From a bacterium (GTDB lineage: Bacteria > Zhuqueibacterota > Zhuqueibacteria > Residuimicrobiales > Krinioviventaceae): 64,000 bases of DNA. This document shows positions 1 through 8,800 of this stretch, piece by piece (within the stretch, counting starts at the first letter, position 1; each line of letters starts with the position of its first letter). A model generated the notes under the pieces. The model was given only the letters and a program-made list of their open reading frames with translations. It was not told the origin of the DNA and did not search any database. The stretch covers positions 1,664,001-1,728,000 of the forward strand of contig CAXXMD010000003.1 of assembly GCA_963675755.2 (NCBI GenBank). The letters run 5' to 3'. The translations under genes and the position numbers were made by a program.

Positions 1-49
1 ATTTTTAATGTAATTTTGTTAAATATTATTTAACCTTATCCAATCAGGC

Positions 50-625
50 ATGACTAACCAGACTTTTTCATTAATAAATCAGGCGCTTGAAGGTGATCAA
101 AAGGCGTATGCTGAAATTGTAAATCAGTATCAGGAAAAGATTTATAATTTTGTATTCCGAATGGTCAAAGACCGCCCCCTGGCTGAAGATATTACGCAAG
201 AGACCTTTATAAAGGCCTTTCGTGCATTATCTTCATTCAATTCTGAATATGCGTTTTCTACCTGGCTTTTTAAAATTGCCGCCAATAATTGTATTGATCA
301 TTTTCGAAAGAAAAAGTTGAAAACATTTTCTTTGGATACTCCCATAAGCGTTAAAGAGGGTGATATTCAAAGAGATTATCCGGATACTACAAATGTTGGC
401 CCTGAAGACGGCATGATTTCTCAGGAAAAGCGTTTTCAGATCAAGGATGCAATTGATTCGTTACCCAGAAAATACAGAGATGCTATTTTATTACGCCACA
501 CTCAGGACAAATCTTATGAAGAGATTGCTGAAGAGTTGGACATTCCGCTGGGAACAGTCAAAGTGCGTATATTCAGGGCACGGGAAATGCTAAAAAAGAA
601 ATTGCGCGATCAACTACGTTCTTAA
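50..625 (+). CDS. ECF RNA polymerase sigma factor (SigW/RpoE-like)
   Basis: Region 2 (AEDITQETFIKAF, FSTWLFKIAANNCIDHFRK) and region 4 HTH (SYEEIAEELDIPLGTVKVRIFRAR). Confidence 0.93.
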   Translation: MTNQTFSLINQALEGDQKAYAEIVNQYQEKIYNFVFRMVKDRPLAEDITQETFIKAFRALSSFNSEYAFSTWLFKIAANNCIDHFRKKKLKTFSLDTPISVKEGDIQRDYPDTTNVGPEDGMISQEKRFQIKDAIDSLPRKYRDAILLRHTQDKSYEEIAEELDIPLGTVKVRIFRAREMLKKKLRDQLRS

Positions 626-648
626 AGCCGTGACCATGTCGCGGCTTT
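624..648 (+). terminator. Hairpin after sigma factor (possible intrinsic terminator)
   Basis: aaagccgtgac-cat-gtcgcggcttt, one G-U pair, short T-run. Confidence 0.5.
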
Positions 649-687
649 GTTGGTTAGGGCTGGTTCGATTTAAATTGAGGTCGTCTA

Positions 688-1647
688 TTGTCATTTGTTC
701 GTCAAATGGAAAAAGCTGAAATAGCGGAGGTAAATCATCTGCTATCCAGGGCTTTTACCCAGGGGAGGATTGATGATGGTTATCATCAGACACATATTCC
801 TCTTTGCCGCCCACAGTTTTTGGAAATGTATCAGGAAGAATGTCCTGAAGGTTGTCTGGTTATTACAGAACATGACAGAATCCTCGGTGTATCTTTTAAC
901 CATATTTGGGGTAAAACCGGTTGGATAGGGCCCCTGGCGGTTGATCCGGATTTTCACTTGTCCGGAATTGGCAAAAAGATAACAACAGAATCCATACAAT
1001 TCCTCAAATATAACGGATGCACAACCATAGGTTTGGAAACCAATCCCAGAAGCGCTAGAAATATTGGGTTTTATGGCAGACTTGGATTTGTGACCGGTTC
1101 GTTAACTGCCGATATGATTCGGGCTGTTCCCATAAATGCGGATAACAATTCACAACCATTGAAAATTATTTTCTATTCTGAATGTTCTGATTCTGACCAG
1201 AACGTTTTTTGTGATATTGTAAAAAAACTGGTGGCCCCCAATGCCGCAAACATTGAGTTTGATCCCTTGATAAACAGTTTAACCAATTTTGGATTTGGAG
1301 ATTCTGTGCTTTTTATGAATGGATCTGTACCGGTTGCTTATTGTTCATTTCAAACCCGATCTACATCCATAGAAGAAGAACATTATATATTACGAATTGT
1401 TGCATTTGCTGCTAATCCTCAAACCCCTCTAACTTATTTTGAACATTTTTTTACCGCACTGGAAAGTATAGCACGCAACCGGGAACTGGACCAGTTGTTG
1501 TTACGCCTGCCTCTCGAAAATACCGCTTTATATCATCATTTTCTGGGAATGAATTTCAAAGTCATACATACAGACCAGCGCATGACTCTCAAAGACTTTC
1601 CCGAGCGTTTGAATAAAAACGCGATTTATTTCAACCGTTGGGTGTAA
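688..1647 (+). CDS. GNAT family N-acetyltransferase (tandem GNAT fold)
   Basis: Motif A IGPLAVDPDFHLSGIGK and motif B NIGFYGRLGF; TTG start with gagg upstream. Confidence 0.82.
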   Translation: MSFVRQMEKAEIAEVNHLLSRAFTQGRIDDGYHQTHIPLCRPQFLEMYQEECPEGCLVITEHDRILGVSFNHIWGKTGWIGPLAVDPDFHLSGIGKKITTESIQFLKYNGCTTIGLETNPRSARNIGFYGRLGFVTGSLTADMIRAVPINADNNSQPLKIIFYSECSDSDQNVFCDIVKKLVAPNAANIEFDPLINSLTNFGFGDSVLFMNGSVPVAYCSFQTRSTSIEEEHYILRIVAFAANPQTPLTYFEHFFTALESIARNRELDQLLLRLPLENTALYHHFLGMNFKVIHTDQRMTLKDFPERLNKNAIYFNRWV

Positions 1648-2447
1648 CTGTGTCTAACTCGCTTGATGGAATCGTTGTTTCTGCCAGTAGACGTACTGAT
1701 ATGATTGCCGGAAACCCGGATTTGTTAGTGGAACGTTTAAAGCAGGTGATGCATGAACAACCGGTCCATTCTGTGGTTTTTTGGACCAAAGATCCCTCAA
1801 ATCTGTTTAATCACTATGAATTAAATTCTCTGTTGAAAACACTGGACCAGGTGTTTGTGTTATATTCCATTACCGGTTTGGGTGGTACCGAGCTGGAACC
1901 CATGGTCCCGGATGCAGATTCAGCTATCGATATGCTGCCACAGCTTGTAGAATTGGTAAAAAGCCCCAAGCGAGTACGGATTCGGTTTGATCCCATTGTT
2001 CATCTTAAAATGCCGGATAAAAGAGAGATTTGTAATCTGGATTTTTTTGAAATCCTGGCTCCTCAAGCTGCTGCACAGGGTATTTATCATATTATAACCA
2101 GTTGGGTAGAAATTTATACCAAAGTTGAAAAGCGGTTGTCAAAGCGAGGTATTTCTGTTATAGATATTGACGATGCCCAAAAAACCCGGGAAACAGAATG
2201 GCTTGAGAGTATTGCGGAAAAGTATGGGATAGAACTGGACGGATGCTGTGTGCCCGGTTGGCAGCGTTCACGTTGTATTGATGGGTATGTGTTGAATGAA
2301 TTACATCCCAAAGGATTCAAGGCTACTGTGAGCAAGGCCTCGGGGCAGCGAACTTTGTGCGGGTGTACAAAGAGTAAGGATATTGGCTGGTATCATAAAT
2401 GTCCGCATGGGTGTTTGTATTGTTATGGAAATCCTGATCTTAGATAA
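1638..2447 (+). CDS. DUF1848 family protein (radical-SAM-like Fe-S motif)
   Basis: VSASRRTD, VFWTKDP, RFDPI and C-terminal CGCTKSKDIG..CPHGCLYCY; start may be GTG at 1650. Confidence 0.85.
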   Translation: MGVTVSNSLDGIVVSASRRTDMIAGNPDLLVERLKQVMHEQPVHSVVFWTKDPSNLFNHYELNSLLKTLDQVFVLYSITGLGGTELEPMVPDADSAIDMLPQLVELVKSPKRVRIRFDPIVHLKMPDKREICNLDFFEILAPQAAAQGIYHIITSWVEIYTKVEKRLSKRGISVIDIDDAQKTRETEWLESIAEKYGIELDGCCVPGWQRSRCIDGYVLNELHPKGFKATVSKASGQRTLCGCTKSKDIGWYHKCPHGCLYCYGNPDLR

Positions 2448-3567
2448 AAGACCTGCTTTTTAAATCAAATTCAATATTAAATATGGTGCCGTCTGAAGCT
2501 GTTATATCCAGCTTTCCATCCAATTGTGATATAACAAGCGAGTTAATTAATTTCATGCCTAAATTTTTACTGCTTTTCCCTTTTTCATCTATACCAATTC
2601 CATTGTCTTTGATTGTAAGAAAAACTCTGTTATTGTTTTGGGCCATTTCCAGTGAAATGGTATTGTTCAAGTTGGTTGCATCTTTGAATGCATACTTTAA
2701 TGAATTTGAAATAATTTCATTCAAGGTTAAACACGCGGGTATTGCCTGGTCGAGATCTAGAATTACCGTGTCCATTGAAAATTGAAAAGATAAATTTTCA
2801 ATGGTTGGTTGCATATCGCTTTGTAAAGAATAACAAAGTTCTTTGATATAATCCGTAAAGTTGATTTTTGTAAAGTTTTTAGATTTATAAATCATTTCAT
2901 GAACAAGTGCCATGGAGCGGATACGGTTTTGACTGTTTTTAAAAAAATTAACAATAATGGGATCTTTGAATCCTCTTGATTGTAAATATAACAGACTTGA
3001 TATTATTTGAAGGTTGTTTTTTACCCGATGGTGCACCTCTTTAACAAGAGTTTCTTTTTCTCTCAAAGATTCCCGTAAAAAATGTTCGGCATTTTTTTCC
3101 ATAGTTATATCATGAAATTGAACAGCAATCCTATCGGGTTGAGGGCAGAAGATATTGATAGAAAACCATTTATCCATATCTTTAAAATATTCTTCAACGT
3201 TTTTTGCAATATTGTCTCTAAAAACAGTTTGACAGTTTTTGTACAAGCTTTTGTTTTTTGAAAAAAACGTTGAAAGGTTAGTGTTTAAAAGAGAGGACTT
3301 TTCCCAGTTTGTTGATTTTAAAAGGGCAGAATTCACATCAATTATTTTCAAGTCTGGTATTTTGTTACCGTTTGAATATTCGGCCTGGCAAACAAGTAAT
3401 CCGTCAAACATGTTTTCAAACAAAAAACGATAATTCTGTTCGCTTTTTTCCAGCTTTGCAATTTGTTCCTGCAACTGAGGGTAGTAGCTTTTTTTATGGG
3501 ATGATTTGCTTACACCTATAATACGATCAAGCATTTCCTTATGATCAGGTGGCAAAGATTTTTTCAT
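2440..3567 (-). CDS. PAS-domain sensor histidine kinase (HisKA_2/HWE-type)
   Basis: H-box EVHHRVKNNLQII, N-box LNEIISNSLKYAF, G-box DNGIG; ATG at 3567 preferred over 3636 because it minimises overlap with the upstream gene. Confidence 0.88.
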   Translation of the reverse strand: MKKSLPPDHKEMLDRIIGVSKSSHKKSYYPQLQEQIAKLEKSEQNYRFLFENMFDGLLVCQAEYSNGNKIPDLKIIDVNSALLKSTNWEKSSLLNTNLSTFFSKNKSLYKNCQTVFRDNIAKNVEEYFKDMDKWFSINIFCPQPDRIAVQFHDITMEKNAEHFLRESLREKETLVKEVHHRVKNNLQIISSLLYLQSRGFKDPIIVNFFKNSQNRIRSMALVHEMIYKSKNFTKINFTDYIKELCYSLQSDMQPTIENLSFQFSMDTVILDLDQAIPACLTLNEIISNSLKYAFKDATNLNNTISLEMAQNNNRVFLTIKDNGIGIDEKGKSSKNLGMKLINSLVISQLDGKLDITASDGTIFNIEFDLKSRSFI

Positions 3568-4714
3568 ACAGGCTCCGGACGTTATCAACAGTAGGTCTGT
3601 AGGGATTTGTAACAGAACACGGATCATTACAGGCATTTTTACTCATTTGTAAAATTTGATCTGGCGTTACGGAGCTGTTCAGTTTATCGCTTGTGATGTT
3701 TAGAGAATGTCTGAGTGATTGAATAGCTTTTACAAGTATATCCTTTTGATGTTCTGCTGCTTTTCCTGATATTTTTAATCCCAGTGCTTTGCTGATTTCA
3801 TTATATTTTTCAACAGATGATGAATAATTAAAATCTACTACAACTTCGAGCAAAAGTGCGTTGCATAAACCATGGGCAAAATCCAACAATCCCCCCATAC
3901 TGTGGGCCATACTGTGAACGAGTCCCAGGCTGGCATTGGAAAATGCCATGCCCGCATAGTGGCTCCCCAACATCATCATTTCACGCGCATGGATATTATC
4001 CGGTTCATTATAGGCAATTGGTAGATATTCCCAAATGAGCTTGATTGCATGTAGCGCGTGCAAGTCTGTAATAGGAGAGCTGCCTGTAGAGACAAAGGCT
4101 TCAAATGCGTGCACCAGTGCATCCATGCCGGTTTCAGCCGTTAATTGCGGATCCATAGTGCTTGTTAATAGTGGATCAATTAAAGCAACGTCAGGAACTA
4201 CGGATTTACTGATTATAGCAATTTTAACATTTTCTGTGGTATTGTTTATTATAGCAAATTGAGAAATGTCTGCAGCTGTACCGGCTGTTGTTGGTATACA
4301 AATAAGAGGAGGACCTGGCTTTGGAACTTCATCTACACCTTCAAATTCCAGAACATGTTTTTTGTTGCAACTCGCAATGCCAATCCCTTTTGCACAATCC
4401 ATCACACTGCCGCCGCCTATTGCTACAATGATATCACATTTTTGTTCAACGCAAATTTGGGCGCCTTCCATTACCTCATAGTCTTTGGGATTTGGAGTGA
4501 TATTTTTGAATAAATGATAATGAATACCGGCATCTTTTAGAATATCTTCAACCTGGCCTGTCCAACCTGCATTTATCAGGCCGTCGTCGGTTACCAGCAG
4601 AACATTTTCCCCGGAAAAATTATTAACAAAATTTGCTGTATGATCTACAGCGCCATCCCCAAAAATAAACTCGGGAACAACAAATTTTCTCAATTCCAGC
4701 CGGTTTTTTGTCAT
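3545..4714 (-). CDS. ercA: Iron-containing alcohol dehydrogenase-like regulatory protein (ErcA-like)
   Basis: LRKFVVPEFIFG N-terminus, GGGSVMD, IPTTAGTAAD, metal ligands DALVHAFE/VHSMAH/HGLCN; overlaps a downstream kinase. Confidence 0.75.
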   Translation of the reverse strand: MTKNRLELRKFVVPEFIFGDGAVDHTANFVNNFSGENVLLVTDDGLINAGWTGQVEDILKDAGIHYHLFKNITPNPKDYEVMEGAQICVEQKCDIIVAIGGGSVMDCAKGIGIASCNKKHVLEFEGVDEVPKPGPPLICIPTTAGTAADISQFAIINNTTENVKIAIISKSVVPDVALIDPLLTSTMDPQLTAETGMDALVHAFEAFVSTGSSPITDLHALHAIKLIWEYLPIAYNEPDNIHAREMMMLGSHYAGMAFSNASLGLVHSMAHSMGGLLDFAHGLCNALLLEVVVDFNYSSSVEKYNEISKALGLKISGKAAEHQKDILVKAIQSLRHSLNITSDKLNSSVTPDQILQMSKNACNDPCSVTNPYRPTVDNVRSLYEKIFAT

Positions 4715-4877
4715 TTTTTTAAATTTTTGTTGTTTGAATCACAAACGTTGTTATATTAATATCTTAACATTAAAAAAGCGGAATAGTATTTCTTAAATAT
4801 AAGTTAATACTTGAAATAGTGCAATAAATAATTGACTAATTAATTAAATCGCATGATCCTTCATTGGAGGTAATTAA

Positions 4878-5774
4878 ATGCAGTTAAAACTAAAGTTATG
4901 GCCGTTATATCTTTCACTGTTTATTCTTTTATCCAGTGTTCCGGGTTTTTCTCAGATTGAAGATAACCTGAAACGTTATACAGGGGATAATGCAGAAGGA
5001 TATATGAAGCCTATCGTAAGTGGATTGGGTGTAAATATGAACCGAGGCTGGTACCAGTCCGCTAAAATTCCTGTAGTTGGTTTACGTTTGCGTGTGGGCG
5101 TTGTTGCCATGATGGCGCCTATTCCGGATGATGATAAAACCTTTATGGCAAAAACGGAAGGAAATTTTAATCCTCAGCAAACTGCTGAAGCTTCTACTGT
5201 TGTAGGTAGCGAAGAAGCTGCGTTGGTAACCGGTACAGGCGGGTCCATTTATGCATTTCCGGGTGGATTGAATATGAATGCTACCGCATTTGCTGTACCC
5301 CAGGTAACTGTGGGTATTCTGGGCTCGGAAGCAATTTTACGCTATTTCACCGCGGATTTTGGTGATTCCGAGATTGGTAGTATTACATTAAAAGGTATTG
5401 GTATCAGACACAGTATAAGCCAGTATCTGTTCATGTTTCCCATTGATATTTCTGTTGGTGCTTTCTGGCAGGATGTGGATGTAGATGAAGATCTGATTAA
5501 TATGACAACTTTGCACTATGGTGTACAGGCAAGCCGTGGCTTTGGTCCCCTGATGCTTTATGGTGGTGTTGGCTTTGACAAAACCAGTGCTTCTGTCAAA
5601 TATACTTATGAAGACAATTATACTAAAATGCCAATCGAGCTGGATATTGACGGAGATACCGGCATGGAGATTACAGCCGGTGTGGGCTTTAATCTTGTTT
5701 TGGTACATTTATCTGCTGACGCGTCATTTGGTGCTCGCACTGCGTTTGCCTTGACTGCCGCGTTTGGGCTTTAA
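4878..5774 (+). CDS. Outer-membrane beta-barrel protein (DUF6588-like)
   Basis: Signal peptide, NMNRGWYQSAK motif, amphipathic beta-strands, terminal AFGL; ggagg RBS. Confidence 0.65.
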   Translation: MQLKLKLWPLYLSLFILLSSVPGFSQIEDNLKRYTGDNAEGYMKPIVSGLGVNMNRGWYQSAKIPVVGLRLRVGVVAMMAPIPDDDKTFMAKTEGNFNPQQTAEASTVVGSEEAALVTGTGGSIYAFPGGLNMNATAFAVPQVTVGILGSEAILRYFTADFGDSEIGSITLKGIGIRHSISQYLFMFPIDISVGAFWQDVDVDEDLINMTTLHYGVQASRGFGPLMLYGGVGFDKTSASVKYTYEDNYTKMPIELDIDGDTGMEITAGVGFNLVLVHLSADASFGARTAFALTAAFGL

Positions 5775-5791
5775 TCTTTGGAGGATATAAT

Positions 5792-6370
5792 ATGAGAGCA
5801 ATTGTATATACATTATTATTAGGCGCATTGGCCATGATGACCATTGGTGCTTCTTGCGAAGAACGTCTTGTTCAACTGCCGGTTGTTGGTTATGTTGAGC
5901 AAGTTGTTCCGGTAAACAGCTCAAACGGTTCGTTTGTGAGCACCGATATGATAAATTTTGCCAACGAGGTGAATAAACTGCAGCAGGAAAACGCATTTGA
6001 AAATATTATTGCAATCTCTATTGAAAGTGTTTCTTTTACAATATTGAATAATAATAGCGCGGCAGGTTCGGTTATTGATGGCGTTGCTCAGGTTAGCGCA
6101 ACATCTTTCTCTAGTCTTAAAGATTTGGCAACCTTGTCCGGTTTGGACCTGGATGCGGTAGAAAATGTTGAACAAGTACCCGGTCTGGAAACAGATGGTG
6201 TTGCAGAAATTAACCAGGCTATCAATATTGATGCCGGCACCAACCAGATCTTTTTTAATATTAACGGTATTGTTACACCAACACCTCCACCCAATCTTGA
6301 TTTTGATGTTAAAGTCAAAGTCTCTTTTAATATTGTGGGTGAAGTTAAAACCGAAGTTCCTGTGATTTAA
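5792..6370 (+). CDS. Hypothetical lipoprotein
   Basis: Hydrophobic N-terminus ending in lipobox IGAS-C; ggagga RBS; beta-rich. Confidence 0.6.
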   Translation: MRAIVYTLLLGALAMMTIGASCEERLVQLPVVGYVEQVVPVNSSNGSFVSTDMINFANEVNKLQQENAFENIIAISIESVSFTILNNNSAAGSVIDGVAQVSATSFSSLKDLATLSGLDLDAVENVEQVPGLETDGVAEINQAINIDAGTNQIFFNINGIVTPTPPPNLDFDVKVKVSFNIVGEVKTEVPVI

Positions 6371-6376
6371 TTCAAG

Positions 6377-6407
6377 GGCCGCTGTTAATCAACAGCGGCC
6401 TTTTTTT
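6377..6407 (+). terminator. Rho-independent terminator
   Basis: ggccgctgtt-aatc-aacagcggcc followed by T7. Confidence 0.88.
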
Positions 6408-6527
6408 ATTTATAAACAGTTTTCCCTCAAGATGTTGTATTTCCTGTCGATACATATATAATAACCTGGTCTTTTATTGTACATATCCTGAAAATTAATC
6501 TGAAAAATCACAAACGGAAAAGGACGC

Positions 6528-6977
6528 ATGATGAAGAAATTGTCTATCATATTATCTATATTGTTTTTGTTTTCAACCTTGGTTATAGCTCATGATTCAA
6601 CCTCGCCCAATGTTCAAGTGCTGGTAAAATCAACAAAAAGCTGGGATGGCCAGGAACTGCCCAATTATGAGACCGGAAAGCCCGAGATCACCGTATTAAA
6701 AATTACCATTCCGCCACACTCGGAACTACCTGTGCACAAACATCCCATCATCAATGTGGGCGTATTGACTAAAGGTAAACTCACTGTTGTAACCAATGAA
6801 AATGAGACATTATACCTTGAAGAGGGATCACCAATTATTGAAGTGGTAGACAAGTGGCATTATGGTAAGAATGAGTCTGATGATCCGGCAGAGATCATTG
6901 TGTTTTACGCAGGTGTTAAAGAGAAACCTTTGAGCGAATATGCCCCGGTTGAAATTGAGGAACTTGAAGCTCACTAG
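6528..6977 (+). CDS. Secreted cupin domain protein
   Basis: Signal peptide; cupin motifs LPVHKHP and EVVDKWHYGKN. Confidence 0.85.
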   Translation: MMKKLSIILSILFLFSTLVIAHDSTSPNVQVLVKSTKSWDGQELPNYETGKPEITVLKITIPPHSELPVHKHPIINVGVLTKGKLTVVTNENETLYLEEGSPIIEVVDKWHYGKNESDDPAEIIVFYAGVKEKPLSEYAPVEIEELEAH

Positions 6978-7305
6978 AGTGGGAAATATAAATTTATAAC
7001 AGTTTGATTTTGAAATGAAAAACGGGCCGGCAGGTATGAGACCTGATCCATTATATTTGGTTTTATACCTGCCTGTTCTGTGTTGGGGCCGCTTGAAGGG
7101 AAATTGCTTAATTCCTGGCGTTTGACAGCCATATTTTGTTTTTTATTCCAGTCTCTCACCTTAATTATTTACATTGTTAAAAATTTTACTATATTGAATT
7201 ATAGCCTGAATTGTCTGGAGTTATAAATAAAAGTTCGACAGGGTATGCTATATTTTGACACCATTCCGGGAAGCAGTTTTTCAAATTTTTATAGAGGAGG
7301 GAGTA

Positions 7306-8658
7306 ATGAAAGTAAATCAAACATCTAGAAGACGTTTCCTTTCAACTGCATGCGCGGGTACTATGGCTGTAGCACTGGGTTCTTTTCCCGCAATTGCAAA
7401 AAATGAAGCCTCTAAATTGGCAATACTGGGCGGGCAGCCGCTCCGAACAAAACCCTATCCTCACTGGCCGGTCTGGGACCAACGGGACCAGGATGCAATA
7501 CTCCCGGTGCTAAAAAGCGGAGTATGGTCGCGAAAAAATGTGGTATCTCAAGCAGAAAAGAAATTTGCGGATTTGATGGGTGCAAAACATTGTTTGTTGA
7601 CCACAAATGGTACCCACGCGCTTATAACCGCGTTGCGCGCGTTAGGCATTGAAGGTGGGGATGAAGTCATTACCACTCCTTATACTTTTGTGGCATCAAT
7701 TGATGCCATTCTCCTCAATAACGCTTTGCCGGTATTTGTAGATATTGATCCCGAAACCTGGCAGATGGATCCCGATCAGATTGAAGCACAAATTACCCCC
7801 AACACCAAAGCGATTCTCCCGGTCCATATTCTTGGCGGTCTCTGCAATATGGACAAGATTAATAAAATTGCCAAAAAACACAATCTGGTTGTTGTAGAAG
7901 ATGCCTGTGAAGCGCACATGTCTGAATGGAAGAATAAAAAAGCCGGTACCCTGGGAGATTTGGGATGTTTCAGCCTGCAAAACGGCAAGCAGATCACCTG
8001 TGGCGAAGGCGGCGCGATTCTGGGCGATGACGAGCGGATTATGGATCTTTGTTATTCTTTTCATAATTTTGGGCGTTCACGCGGCAAATATATGCCAAAG
8101 GACAAGGGCGGCAGCCCCATTCTGGGTACCAAATGCAGAATGGCTGAATACCAGGCTTCTATCCTGATGACCCAGATGCAATCGGTTGAGGAAGAAGTGG
8201 ACCGGCGAAGCGAGAATGCTGCGTATTTGACGGAAAAGATCAGACAGATTCCGGGCATTATTCCCCGTAAGGATTATGAGCAGGTCACCCGTAAATCCTT
8301 TTATTATTACGGATTCAGGCTGGATGAAAAAACATTCGGATTGCCCCGCAAAATATTCATCAAAGCGCTGGAAGCCGAGGGCATTCCTGCAAACACCGGT
8401 TTAGGTGTAATTGAGGGATTTGCCATGCACCAGGAAGGGGTTGTAGAGTCTACTATCTCCTCCAGGACGTTTACAAAGCTGTTTGATAAAAAGAGACTGG
8501 ACGAATACCGTGCGGGACTGCATTTCCCCAAAGCTGAAAAGCTGGTAAAAGAGACCATTGGTATCAAACATGAAAATTTTCTGGGCACTCTAGAAGACAT
8601 GGATGATATTTACCGCGGTATTTTAAAAGTATATGAAAATAGGCAACAGTTGTTGTAA
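7306..8658 (+). CDS. Tat-exported DegT/DnrJ/EryC1/StrS PLP-dependent aminotransferase
   Basis: SRRRFL twin-arginine signal, EDACEAH, FSLQNGKQITCGEGG (PLP Lys); ATG 7306 follows gaggag RBS. Confidence 0.9.
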   Translation: MKVNQTSRRRFLSTACAGTMAVALGSFPAIAKNEASKLAILGGQPLRTKPYPHWPVWDQRDQDAILPVLKSGVWSRKNVVSQAEKKFADLMGAKHCLLTTNGTHALITALRALGIEGGDEVITTPYTFVASIDAILLNNALPVFVDIDPETWQMDPDQIEAQITPNTKAILPVHILGGLCNMDKINKIAKKHNLVVVEDACEAHMSEWKNKKAGTLGDLGCFSLQNGKQITCGEGGAILGDDERIMDLCYSFHNFGRSRGKYMPKDKGGSPILGTKCRMAEYQASILMTQMQSVEEEVDRRSENAAYLTEKIRQIPGIIPRKDYEQVTRKSFYYYGFRLDEKTFGLPRKIFIKALEAEGIPANTGLGVIEGFAMHQEGVVESTISSRTFTKLFDKKRLDEYRAGLHFPKAEKLVKETIGIKHENFLGTLEDMDDIYRGILKVYENRQQLL

Positions 8659-8800
8659 GAGAAAGTTTAATACCTGGTTTTTGTGTAAATTGTTTGTATT
8701 CTATCATTTTTTTAATTAATGCTAGAACAAAGAGGGAGCGTAATCGTTTTATTTAGAGTTACTTTTCATTTAATGATTTCAGAAGTAAAGGATTAAAAAA

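Noticed and set aside
6978-7305. 330-nt intergenic region as possible riboswitch or ncRNA
   Set aside because: No recognisable aptamer or stable structure by eye; an Rfam scan would be needed.
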